Source: Rhynchobatus australiae (lineage: Eukaryota). From it: a stretch of 64,000 nt of DNA. The stretch covers positions 14,102,485 to 14,166,484 of the forward strand of contig JAUZTB010000073.1 in assembly GCA_034780895.1 (NCBI GenBank), read 5' to 3'. A program made the position numbers and the translations under genes. Below are positions 24,081-36,295 of this stretch, piece after piece. The notes beneath the pieces are model-generated. The model did no database searches, was not told the origin of the DNA, and saw only the letters and a list, made by a program, of their open reading frames with translations. How positions within the stretch are numbered: the stretch's first letter is position 1; each line of letters opens with the position of its first letter.

Positions 24081-24775
24081 CTCTTTGCACGTGTAATGAC
24101 ATCATTAACATGAACATTATTTGCTTATTTACTTAACAGTAGAGGCTGGATAAATAGATTATTACTTAACAGCAAAGGTATTATTTACTTAACATTAGAG
24201 GTTGGATCAATAGATCATGACCTGGGATCTGTGTTATTAACATACATTTCAACAAGGAGTACTTCATGCTGAAGGTATTAAAGCCTGAATGATTTAATAT
24301 GCCACCCGGGATATCATTTTATATGCTGAATATCATCCAAGGCTGAAGCAGCCCTCGGCACAGATCGAAGCTTCTGTAATTGATAACTGGAGCTCACAGG
24401 TTCATTGATCTATACCCAGTGGCTGCCACTGATCACAGGGTTTTCAAACCATCCATGGCCATAGGGTATGAGTGACTCACTTCATGCTCTGGGGAGCTTG
24501 GGGGAGAGAGGCATTTGCCAGGGTGCGATCCCTTTAACAGCCCTGACCCATTTCCCATGGGTAAGCACATGTCTGTGAAACACAAAAGGTGNNNNNNNNN
24601 NAGCATGTAAATTTCTTTAAGGAAGAATGTTTTAATTTCAATACTTTTGTCTTGTCTTTCGGGCTAACCTTCAAACACTTCACTCCACCAAGAACGGTTG
24701 CAATCCAATTTCTGGAAATTTGTCTTTTGACTGGCAGTGTGTCCCTCCCCAAATGGTAGGCTGGCTCCTACTTAC

Positions 24776-24937
24776 CCCTCTTTCTCTTATTTTTCCGCTT
24801 TCGCTGCCTGTTCACAAAGCAAGCAGCCAGAGTGCTGAACAAAATGGCTGCTGCCAGGAAGCAAATGGTGGCGACAATCCCAGCCACGACTGGACGGGCT
24901 AGGCCTTCCTCCGGCACGTCAGGTGGTGAAAAGATGT
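24776..24937 (-). CDS. IGSF9B: IGSF9B exon (approx. exon 16), transmembrane helix plus basic stop-transfer segment
   Basis: 162 bp, cttctag acceptor, G|gtaagt donor, phase 1 to 1. Translates (D)IFSPPDVPEEGLARPVVAGIVATICFLAAAILFSTLAACFVNRQRKRKNKRKR(D). Confidence 0.97.
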
Positions 24938-25006
24938 CTAGAAGCACAGAGAACTTGTTCAAGGAAACAACAATAGCCCATGCATTTGAACAACTTCTCT
25001 CAGTCC

Positions 25007-25315
25007 TTTTTAGATAAGAGTAGACTGGGTTGTAGTGTCTAATATTGGAGGGCATGCACTTAAAGTGAGAGGGGGAACGTTCACAGGAGATGTGCAGGGC
25101 AGGTTTCTTACACAGAGAGTGGTGGGTGCTTGGAATACACTACCAGGGATGGTGGTGGAGGCAGATACAATAGAGGATTTTAAGAGACTGTTAGATAAGC
25201 ACATGAATGTGCAGAGAATGGAGGGAAATGGACCATGTGCAAGCAGAAGGGGTTAGGTGTTATTAACTTAATTTGTTTGGCACATCATCATGGGCCAAAG
25301 GGTGCTGTAATATTC
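25007..25315 (+). mobile_element. CR1 LINE 3' end inside the 423-bp intron upstream of the TM exon
   Basis: Translates GHALKVRGGTFTGDVQGRFLTQRVVGAWNTLPGMVVEADTIEDFKRLLDKHM, the classic CR1 ORF2 C-terminus, followed by its 3' UTR. Confidence 0.9.
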
Positions 25316-25360
25316 TTATACAATGGAGGTTTCATCATAGAGAATATACCTGCAGCTTAC

Positions 25361-25445
25361 CTGAACTAGAAACCCCGACTATGTTACTTGGCTCACTGAT
25401 CAGGTCCTGCATGACAGCCATGACACGGAATTCATACCAGGAGTC
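25361..25445 (-). CDS. IGSF9B: IGSF9B exon (approx. exon 15), end of FN3 domain 2
   Basis: 85 bp, cttgtcag acceptor, G|gtaagc donor, phase 0 to 1. Translates DSWYEFRVMAVMQDLISEPSNIVGVSSS(D). Confidence 0.96.
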
Positions 25446-26650
25446 CTGACAAGGGAAGGAAAATAAAACATCTGCATCTCATACTGTTATCTCTGTGAAG
25501 ACTGTTAGCCATTTTGCCCTTAGTTGTTCTTTAAAGAGAACCATCACTTTCAACAAGGATTAGTCCCATTTGCCTCTTAAAATCTGAATAACCACTGCAA
25601 ACATGAAAGGACACATAGCTTAACGTTTAGAGTTGGGTTGCTTGTTGCGGTCNNNNNNNNNNCCCACTCGCCGCCAACTGCTCGCTCTGTATCAAGCATC
25701 TGCCTTGAATTTGCCCCATTGGAGTGTATCGGCCAAATTGGAGTTGATCCTGTGTTGATGACTCCTGCCTGATCCAAACTCCATGACCTCTGTGCCTTTA
25801 CAGAGAGCTTTTCAGCACAGGAGAAAGAGGAGACTCTCATCTTATTCATATACCATGGGTTTGATCCCATTCAAATAGTTAACCCATTGTATTGTCCAGA
25901 TTGTAAAGATTAGGCCCTCCAAGGTGTAGGAGTCAAGGTAAATGTTCATCTTTGATGCCTTGGTGGTAATGGGGGAGAAGAAGCCACTCACCCGCCCAAC
26001 ACTCATTCTGTTCAATTCAGTGGAATGAAAAGCAGTTGGGTTCTCTAATGGGTTTGACTGAAAGACCAGTCCCTGTGATAACATGTACCCTATCATGAGA
26101 ATAAAATATGCTGTATTCTGGGATAATACACTGGAGTGTATACCATAGCCTTCCCATGTCATGTGCTGGGTTCAGTTAAAAGCATGCATCTGTTTACCAT
26201 GTCAAGTGAGTGCTCGGTGGACTATGCTCAGCCCAACATTAGCTGGAAAGGGTCTGACTGGTAGGCTTCTGTTTACTCCAGATTACAGGAGAGCTCCTCC
26301 AGGCTATACAGACACCATGTCCGGCCCACTGCCATTCAGGTTCCCCATCCAACAATTATCTTCTTCTCGACCAGAGACCAGACAGTGCACCTCAATTGTG
26401 AAGACACTGACCAAATAACACCAAAAGACATCATGGCCACTCCACCAGGGAACCTGCTCCGTGGCATTATTGGTTCAGCTGAATACATTAAAGAAACTTT
26501 GTGCAGTATTAATAAATGACAGGTTTACCCACACCCACTAAAAATGATGAATGTCATCATTTGACCTTCATGTCAATATATTAGGTCTGTTCTTGCATCC
26601 CCTGTGAATTTCTTGAAGACCGTTTCAGTAGCTGCTTGGTAATGCCTTAC

Positions 26651-26789
26651 CAGAGATAACTCCTTGGTCAGCAGTTCGGTTTCAGTCCCTGGTATTGCTT
26701 CATCTAAAATCTCCCACCTCTCTCCCAGGCGGAACTCCATGATATAATGGCTGATCGGATAGCTATGGTTGGCTGGTGAAAGCCAAGAC
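26651..26789 (-). CDS. IGSF9B: IGSF9B exon (approx. exon 14), FN3 domain 2; 5' part lost in the assembly gap starting at 26790
   Basis: Visible part translates SWLSPANHSYPISHYIMEFRLGERWEILDEAIPGTETELLTKELSL, followed by a CTG|gtaagg donor in phase 0. The acceptor is hidden by Ns. Confidence 0.93.
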
Positions 26790-28084
26790 NNNNNNNNNNN
26801 NNNNNNNNNNNNNNNNNNNNNNNNNNNNNNNNNNNNNNNNNNNNNNNNNNNNNNNNNNNNNNNNNNNNNNNNNNNNNNNNNNNNNNNNNNNNNNNNNNNN
26901 NNNNNNNNNNNNNNNNNNNNNNNNNNNNNNNNNNNNNNNNNNNNNNNNNNNNNNNNNNNNNNNNNNNNNNNNNNNNNNNNNNNNNNNNNNNNNNNNNNNN
27001 NNNNNNNNNNNNNNNNNNNNNNNNNNNNNNNNNNNNNNNNNNNNNNNNNNNNNNNNNNNNNNNNNNNNNNNNNNNNNNNNNNNNNNNNNNNNNNNNNNNN
27101 NNNNNNNNNNNNNNNNNNNNNNNNNNNNNNNNNNNNNNNNNNNNNNNNNNNNNNNNNNNNNNNNNNNNNNNNNNNNNNNNNNNNNNNNNNNNNNNNNNNN
27201 NNNNNNNNNNNNNNNNNNNNNNNNNNNNNNNNNNNNNNNNNNNNNNNNNNNNNNNNNNNNNNNNNNNNNNNNNNNNNNNNNNNNNNNNNNNNNNNNNNNN
27301 NNNNNNNNNNNNNNNNNNNNNNNNNNNNNNNNNNNNNNNNNNNNNNNNNNNNNNNNNNNNNNNNNNNNNNNNNNNNNNNNNNNNNNNNNNNNNNNNNNNN
27401 NNNNNNNNNNNNNNNNNNNNNNNNNNNNNNNNNNNNNNNNNNNNNNNNNNNNNNNNNNNNNNNNNNNNNNNNNNNNNNNNNNNNNNNNNNNNNNNNNNNN
27501 NNNNNNNNNNNNNNNNNNNNNNNNNNNNNATTATATTTTTCTTAGAAAACCTTCCTATAAGTATGAGAAAAATTGAAACCTGGTGGAATTTCTAGGTTCC
27601 TAATGGATTCATTGCATTGATTTTAAGACTGTTCTCATGAGTGCCAAGCATCTGCATTTAGACATTACTTAAAAATATCTGTACCGGGCACTGGGCGAGT
27701 GAAGAAATTGGCACTGTTGTCTCACCCCATGAAATGACCAAAGCATCTCCCTAACCTTATTATCCAGGCTCACAAAGATCTCCCTGAAGCAACAGTAGGA
27801 TTCACCTTCTTCAAACAACTAGGAAGACAAACCCAAGTGTTGCTGCCAAGCAGAGAGTTTGGTGCCATTTTGAGAATGTTGCCCTTCTCCAACCATTAGC
27901 TCAGTTTGGGACTCGGGTGAGTCAGAGTAAGGCACTTAATAGTATTCCAATCGCATTTCTAGCAAGAAGATTGAGAACAGAAGTTAATGGCAATTGACCT
28001 GAGAGAAAAATACCCAGACAGATTTGGGGGGCTTCAGACTGCAGAATTTCTCTTTTTGTTTCCATCAGTTTGAATTTAGTGGCC

Positions 28085-28587
28085 TTTCAATGGGCTTTAT
28101 ATAGGGCAACAGGGAGATCATATCTGGAGTGCTGTGTACACTATTGGTCTCCTGAATTAAGGAAGTTAATGCACTGGAAGCAGTTCAGAGAGGGCTCATT
28201 AGACTAATGCTCACCACCTGGAATGGGCAGGTTTTCTGAAAAGGAAGGGTTGGACAGGCTAGCTCTGTATCCACTGGAATTGAAAGAATGGAAGGTGACT
28301 TGATAGGGTAGATGTGGAGAGGATGATTTTTCCTGTGAAATAATCTAGAACTAGGGGTCATTGTTGCCCAATTTAGACGGGCAAACTGTTTTCTCTCAGA
28401 AATTTGAGAGTCTTTGGAACTCTTCCTCAAGGGTTAGTGGAAGCAGAGCATTTGAATATTTTTGGCAGATGTTGATAGATGGGTGAGGAGCAAGGGAGTG
28501 GACGGTTACTCTGGGCAGGCAGGACTCTGGAGTTGAGGTTACAATCAGATCAAGTGGTGGAGCAGGACCAGGTGGCCACTCTTGCTC
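28085..28587 (+). mobile_element. CR1 LINE 3' fragment
   Basis: catatctggagtgctgtgtacactattggtctcc...ctggaagcagttcagagagggctcattagactaat...tctagaactaggggtca...tctttggaactcttcctcaa. Confidence 0.8.
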
Positions 28588-28627
28588 NNNNNNNNNNNNN
28601 NNTGTTCATATGTACGCTTCTATATAA

Positions 28628-29025
28628 TAAAGCAGAAAGTGCTGGAAAAATTTAAGACAGGCAGCCTCTGTGGAAAGAGAAACAGTAAACATTTTGGGTC
28701 TGGGACCCTTCAGCAAAACTGGGAAAGAGACAAATGCACTTAAGTTTTCAGGGGGATGGAAGGTGAGGGAGGGATGGGTGGAACAAAGGTAATGTCTGTG
28801 ACAGGATAAGTTGAAATGGCTTCATGGATTCCTTCTGTTCTACACATCCCTCCCCCAGCTTCTCTCCTACTGAAAACCTACATCTCTCTCTCTTTCCCAG
28901 TTGTGACAAAGACTTCCAGACCCAAAATGTTGACTGTTCTCTTTCCACGGATTCTTTCTGACCTACTGGATTTTCCCAGCATTTTCTACTTTTGTCCCAG
29001 ATTTATAGTGTCTGCAGTTTTTTTG
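28628..29025. mobile_element. Head-to-head, fold-back Penelope-derived short repeat
   Basis: Left arm gcagaaagtgctggaaaa...ctctgtggaaagagaaacagtaaacattttgggtctgg pairs with right arm ccagacccaaaatgttgactgttctctttccacgga...ttttcccagcattttctac. Family assignment is from recall. Confidence 0.65.
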
Positions 29026-29404
29026 ACTTTCATATGTTCAGATGTATCTGTTGCATCAAACAACAGGTCAAGCAGATGTCAGACTGATCAACCAATCAGC
29101 CAAAAGGATTCTGATTTATATTTGACCAGCAGAAATGCCTGCATCAAATATAAATTAGATTTAAAGTTGTGAGGGAGTTGGGTTGCTGAGTTGGCCAGAG
29201 AATGGTGCATTAGGAGGTTGATTGCCAAGTCAAAGAATTGCTGAGTTTCCCTTGATGCCAATAATTTTTTAAGTGCAGGCCCATGCCCAAAATGGTCATT
29301 GCTGTGCTGTGCAATGATGAATTAACATGATACTCAGGCCCTGATGAACTTCCAGGCTGATCATGTACTTTTTGTTCAGTTGATGGATAATTCTACAGCA
29401 AGTT

Positions 29405-29428
29405 CTGCCACCTGGTGGTGTGGCTGCA
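29405..29428 (-). promoter_or_regulatory. Candidate CTCF binding site
   Basis: Minus strand TGCAGccacaCCACCAGGTGGCAG: a core matching CCASYAGRKGGCR with an upstream TGCAG module. Confidence 0.55.
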
Positions 29429-31621
29429 AACTTCTAAGAGTCCCAGTTATCAGTGACTTCCCAGCTTTGAGTGACTGTCCCAAAAGTGGGAGCTTGTGGT
29501 GAAATGGCTGGGGAAGAGGTAGCAAAAGTAAAGAATTCCTAGATCAGAAACAGACAACTTTACAGTCACCAGCAGATAGTCTGAATATTCATAGAACTTC
29601 TCATTTAATGTTTCCTAAAGCTTTTGTAGTTTAAAATTTTCAGAACATTTAACAAGATTTGATTGCTGCATAATGCAGCCATGTTATTGTGCTCAAAGTA
29701 ATTCAATGTAACTATGTTTACTATTTAGGGTAATTTCTGATAAACCCTGTTGAATATACAACTACCTACTGCATTACAAACTCATTTTCATGGAGTATAA
29801 GACATACCTCATAATGTGTTTAGTGCTTGGAGACTTCCAACACATAAAATGCTCCAAGTAAAAAGAAACTGTTCAGTCAGCTGAGGACTACCTGTATGCT
29901 CAAGGCTCCATTATGACATCCTTATCATTATGAGCACTCAATTTATTACATCTCATGTCAAACACAGGTAAAATAACAGCTTCTAGATTTACCATAATCT
30001 GAGATGTAATCCTGTATCCATGATTATGCATTTTACACACACCTTCTATCTTGAGATTTGGTAAAAATATTAAGATGTCCTGGTGTACAATTTTAAGATA
30101 TATCTTTATGTTATTATTTTGTGGTTTAACTGATTTTAACCTATGGTTTTTAGATCAGAAACCTCTATATTGGATGATTCAGAATTGAACTTGGGGTTGG
30201 AGGCAATTCATTCTCCATTAAATAGATAGGCAGCTGGCCTTACCCATGGAAACTACAGCACTGCCAGTATAAAGCCCACTTCCCTGCCTCTTGCAGAGGA
30301 TTTTTTTTAACCAGTCCCCCTTTAAATGTTTTATCATAATTGCCATTTACAGTGAAGCATTCCATGTCCTCATAATCCCGTGAGCACATAACCTCTCTTG
30401 CACATAACCTCCCAGCACATAACTGATGGTGATAACCATCAGTTTCAATCTTGCTCCTGATTATTACCAAGGAAAGCAATCTGCCTTCTTTTCTCATTGT
30501 CACACTTCAATATGAGTTTGTGTTCAGAAATGTCACAACAATATCTGAAGTTACAGACTATCTGAGTAATGTGATAGAAGCATCAGATTTCATGTGGACA
30601 TCAATAACCATCACCCAAATGTATATCTACTCAAATCAGCATTAACCTGTGCACTATTTATGACTGACTAAAAATGGAGAAGAGAGTGAAATGATAAATG
30701 AGGAATAAAGTACTGTTGCTGGCAGTTATCACAGTTTTGAAATGTTTGGGAAGTATTTAAAGGACTGTTGAGCAAACAACAACATTTATAGCCTTAACCT
30801 CCCATCTTGTTTTGCACAATAGATAGAAACTGGAACACAAAGCATCCTTCCTTATACACAAATGAGGCATCAAAGCCATTCGCCTCATGTTTTAATGCAA
30901 CAATATACATTTCTAGTAGAGGTCCTGCCTATCAGGAAATTGGACTTGGCACTTCCAGGTGCCATTTGTCTTACCGCAGTTGATGTACTTCTGGGATCAC
31001 TGAAGCTCGTGATGATATCCTAACTGTGTGTGATGCTCACCTCTGTCTTACCAACAGAAATTGGACCACTTTTAAGTCACAGTAAAGCAAGGAGCAAGCC
31101 CTGCGACAGGCTGGCAGGAGATTGTTCTTTGCACATCTCAGCAGTTTTGCTATACCATTTCCCAACACAATTTTGCATCGGATGATTCTGAACTAGGGTT
31201 TAGGTAAATCATTCTCCATTGAAAAAAATTGGCAGCAAGCCTAAATCATTGGACTTGCAGCACTGAAGGTCACTGCTCCTGTGCCAATACACACACGAAT
31301 CCTCTCTCTCAGCCTTAGTTGTTAATTGCTCAGCAGTTTGGATACAATATTGTTGGGTGTCCTATTACTTCCTGCAGTTATTTTAATGAACTCCCAGCCA
31401 CGATCAATGCTGTGATGAGTCTGTGCCTCTCAGTGGCACAGAGCCACTTGCAGGATGGCAATCAGAGCAATGTACAGGAGAGGGTGGCCCTGAACACCCC
31501 CCCGCCCTCGCCACCGCCTGCATTTTCTCTCACCTCCATGGCAGAATTTTCCACAGCCATTTTGTGGTTCCTTGCAGATGGGACCCGGTGCCTCCTATTA
31601 CAGCTTTTGATTATTCTATTT

Positions 31622-31838
31622 AGAACTGGAGGTGAAAGATTCAAAAGGGACCTGAGGGGCAACTTCTTCATGCAGAGGGTGGTGCGTATATGGAATGAAC
31701 TGCCAGAGAAAGTGGTTGAGACAGGTACCATAACGACATTTAAAAGAAATTTGGATAAGTGGATAGGAGGGGTTCAGAGGGATATGGGCCAAATACAGGC
31801 AAATGGGACTAGCTTGGTGAGCACCATGGTCGGCATAG
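31622..31838 (+). mobile_element. Relatively young, 5'-truncated CR1 3' end
   Basis: Translates RTGGERFKRDLRGNFFMQRVVRIWNELPEKVVETGTITTFKRNLDK. Confidence 0.9.
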
Positions 31839-32655
31839 GAATTGCAGCACTGAAGGAAGCCATTGCTCCTGCGCCAGTACATACACTGATTCCATCTCCC
31901 TGCCTCTAGTGTAGCTTTTCCTTCTCCAGTTTCCTTTCAAAAGTTTCTAATTCAATTGCAATCTGCAGACAGTTTCCATCAGCAATTGCACAGCACCCAT
32001 CCAGGACTTAAGAGTGAAAACCACCTTTTTTATTCTTAAACATACTTTTCACCAACACAACAATTTGGCATTGCTACTACACGTAGCAGGCATTTAGTGC
32101 TCCAAATAAGGGTGCAGCACAATCTCTCAATGTACTAATCAAGCATACAATTAGAAGCAAATAAAGAACCTGAAGGGAAGCTTCATTTTGTAAAAATGTC
32201 CTTCTTTCCAACAGCCTCTCAACATTATCAAAGGTGGTTCTTTACGGATAATTAAAAATTAGCAGAACCTATTGGATTTGTGCAGATGCAAATGGTTCTA
32301 CTTTTCCCACTACTTGCTGCTGTGTTATGTAAATAACCACCCTTGTATTTTTTGATCATTAAGACAATAATGTTTTCTCTTCCTGCAGTGATTTCTTGTT
32401 AAGATTACATCACTTGGATCCATGGCTAGAGAATTCTCAAGGAGAGATTGGTGTACAAACAATAAATCTCAAATTGAATGCAGGAGTCAGAGTACCATGT
32501 TCTAAATATGACAGTATAGTTTTCCATGGTGGCTTAAAATTGACAAATTAAAGGCTCTTAAGTCANNNTACATGATTTTTTTGTCATGTAGATAAAAGAC
32601 TTTTGCAGAACAGAAAGGATGAGTATATACGATAACTGAATATAACTCTACTTAC

Positions 32656-32831
32656 CCAGTGTGTTCACAGTGACGACTTCACTGAAGGGCCCTGTGCCAA
32701 GTTTATTCTGTGCTAGCACACTGAACTGATATGCAGTCTCAGCCTCCAGGCCCTCCACCAACAACCAGGTAAGGCCTGTGGATACAGGCAACGAAAGCCA
32801 GTCATGGGGTCCCAGCATAGCCCTCTTTACC
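32656..32831 (-). CDS. IGSF9B: IGSF9B exon (approx. exon 13), remainder of FN3 domain 1
   Basis: 176 bp, ccacag acceptor, G|gtaagt donor, phase 2 to 1. Translates (W)VKRAMLGPHDWLSLPVSTGLTWLLVEGLEAETAYQFSVLAQNKLGTGPFSEVVTVNTL. Confidence 0.96.
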
Positions 32832-35800
32832 CTGTGGCAAATGCAGAACTAGACAGTTAGCACCTGTTTTTAGGTGAGGCATGTGTTCAGGCCAGCTTGC
32901 AGTTGGAGAATGGAAAAAGTGTTGTGGAAATGAAACAGCGCTGAAATCACAGACTCTATTGCGGTAAAAGTACGAAGTCTAACTTTTCAGCTTTTTATTT
33001 TATTAGTAAGAATGCTCTCCTTCAAACCCTGCCACAACAACTGAGCGTTTTCCCACTTGGTATCTAATGTTAACTCCAAAAACCTCCAGCAGTAATGGAA
33101 TATCATCACCAATCCTGCATCCCTCTATTCCACTCACTTTCAACCCCCATTCCAGCTCTGGACATCATCTCTCCTCTGCATCATTTCACTGACAAACAAT
33201 CCTCCTGGACCCACTAAACCCGACATTTTGATTGTAGTGACCAATTTTGTTGTTGCAGATGAAACATTTTTTCCAAACAATTAATCAATGTCAATTTGGG
33301 TAAATTAATTTACCTTTAGACATAAAGTTGAAAACACCAAAATCTTATTAATTCATGTGCAGGTTTTTGTTGAATTGTCAAACATCTCTTTAAAAACAGG
33401 CAGTGACCTGCTCTGCTACAGGGTGTTTCTAAACATTATAAACCTCTCCTCTGTGAATGTGCTTACAACGCACCCAAAACAACAAACCCACACGAACCCA
33501 AATGAATCTTCCAACATGGGAGCTCATTGTGTTTTGATGAATACTTAAAGGGGAAAAGAGGGGAAACAAACCAGTCCTGGAACAGTGGGCCAAAGAGTCC
33601 CTATCCGTGCTGTTAGATTCTGAGAACCTATAAATATTGAGATGCCTGGATAACAATGTTATCCATAGAAAAATCGGCAGCTGGTGAGGTTGAGGGCTAA
33701 ATCTGTATCTGTTTATATCAGGACCTGACCTTAATGGAACAAATGGCCTGTTTCTTACGTTTGTTTTTAAATACCAACATCTGATTTATAATTCAGGAAT
33801 CAAGGACCTTGATTACTTCATTATCTCTGTTAGATTACTTTTAGCTTGGAAGTTGTGATTTATAGATTTTGGGAATGGAGATTGCTAAGAGTAAGCATTT
33901 TGATGATTTATAATAACATTGATTACACTCTTAATGACATAATTCTGTAGGAATGCAAAGAATCATTGATTACAGAGCAGCAAGGAAGTACCAGTACAGA
34001 ACTGGCATTCTAGCTAATGTTCAGGTGAAAGTGTTTGCTTCAAGTTGCAATGAACAGTACACACTTGGTAAAAAGCATACAGCTGACTCCATGTATACCT
34101 TCCTCAGTATTTGTACTGAGTCTACCCATATCCACCAGTGCAGAACAATCCCTATCTGAAAGCAAGAAATAGTTCAACAGCAGATCCATTGGTNNNTGTG
34201 CAATCTCCAGATCAGTGTTGGCTTTTACACAGTGTACACCAAAGATCAGAGTCAATGATGAATGTCAGTGAAGCAACTTCAATCTACCTGCAACGCAGAA
34301 ATACAGGAAGAATAGTAAACATCAGACTGAGAGTGGTGATGAGCTCTGAGCGTCTCTTGAAATCACTGGGCCTCAATATATTTGAATATATTGGATTGCC
34401 AATTTGTGCAGATTAGGAGGACAAAGCCAATATATCAGTAAATCAATTAATCTGTCTCATCACAAGATCTCACGGGTGGCTGACCCGTTTCAGGCTGAAG
34501 AGCCTTCATCAGAACAGGATCCCTGTTCAAGAAAGTTTTTTTTAAATAGATGCTGTTATTATTCTGTTCACAAGCTTTGCAATGGAGCAGTGGCACACAG
34601 TATCTCTGACAGCTTTTGCATTCTCCTCAGTATTGATAGTGCACTTACTACAATACAGCTGGTCCTCGGTCAGTGTAGCCTTCATAAAAGCTGAACTTTC
34701 AAGGCAAGTTATTCCAAAACAAGAGCTTGTCTGAAAACTCCCACAACATACTTTCCAACCTGCTGCTGCGTCATCCTTGGATTAGAGGCAGAGCAGGTTA
34801 TGTGGCCCAAGCCCCATTCCAGGAGACATGAACATAAAATGTAAGCCTTACTCAAATGAATTTATATGGCATTTTTCTCAGCCTCAGGATATCCCTGGTG
34901 CTCTACTGATAATGAACCACTTTTGAATTGTGGTCACTTTTGTAATCTGGGAAACATGATCACAAATTTGTGGACAGCATTCTCCCACTAAAAGGTAATA
35001 ATGAAGGGTTTTCAACCTGAAATGTTAACTCTGTTGCTCCTCTATCGGATGCAGCCTGACTTGTTAAATACTTCCTGCGTTTTCTGTTTTTACTTCAGTT
35101 AAGACATTTGATGTTTTTTTGATTTTCAGTTAGATACTTTGTACTCTGGATTCAGGAGATTGAGATTTGAACCCACAATTATTATGAAATGCACCAGAGG
35201 ATTATTTGAAATGGTTGCCTTCTGCTGATCTTTTAATCTGGTCCCTTGTCTGTCTACTCAGTTTCTCAGAAGGAATCTTACAGAGCACTTTAAGGGGAAT
35301 CGATCTGCTAAAAATACATCCTCAGCATCAGTTGTACCAACTGTACATTAACCTGGTTTGGCAGTGATTAGCCTTAAAAAGTTTTCATTGCCTCTTAGAA
35401 TATCCAGAGGACAAGAAAAACCTTTGTAAATTCAGGTTCTTCCTTTTGCCTGCTTTTGATGATTTATAGTTTTTATCTGCAGCTTGAAGGAACATGCTTC
35501 AAATTTGCTTTAAACCATTTCCTCAGTGTCAGATGTGTAACATCAATGCACTGCACCACATAGTGGTTGTAGGTCACATTCATGTTAGATTCATAATCTC
35601 AGACACTCTATTACACTGAGTGGAGTATGTACCTTTTGGTATAGAACAAGTTAACATAGCCCCATACTCCCTGACAGAATGATGAATGGAGAAACAGAGA
35701 GAGCGGGAAGGGGACACATTCTCACTCTCATTAATTCTCCTCTTTCCCTTGAGAGATGTGAACATTTCCAACACCTGCAACCTGGGAGCAATGCATATAT

Positions 35801-35924
35801 TCAACCAACAAAGAGCATATTTTGTGTCAAAATGGACTATGTGGATCTTGCTTATAAACTGTAGGAGAATCATTACAAATGATTTCCATTTATGTTGGTG
35901 CCTTTCACTACAGGTTCATTATGT

Positions 35925-36295
35925 CTGAAAGTGCGTAACAGCCAATGAACTGTACTCATTCGTGCAGAGCAACCAACAATTGTCACACAGCAGGCTCCCA
36001 TGTATCTTTATGTGATAATGACCAGGTGATTTGTGGTCTAATGGTTTCGAATGGGAGAGAAGTATTGCGCAGAACACCAGAGATAAGACTATTTCACTTG
36101 TTTGAAATAGTGCAATGGGATATTTTTTGTCCACCTAAGTGAGCAGGTAGAACCTTGGCTTACTGAAAGGTGGCACCTCCGACAGTGAAGCGTTTGCTTG
36201 GTGCTACAATTTTTGTGCTTGGTCCCACACTCCAGAAAGTTGAGCCTCAAATTTTATGCTCCACTTTCTGGAGTCATTCTTGAAACCACAAATAA
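35925..36295 (-). mobile_element. Deu-SINE (SacSINE1-like) element
   Basis: Antisense Deu-domain-like text acagccaatgaa...gtgataatgaccag...gaaatagtgcaatgggat...gtccacctaag...ggcacctccgacagtg. Weaker copies appear near 34880-35000 and 59150-59400. Confidence 0.65.

Noticed and set aside
31319-31909. 196-aa plus-strand ORF
   Set aside because: Chance fusion of intronic sequence with a CR1 ORF2 C-terminus; no splice or domain support.
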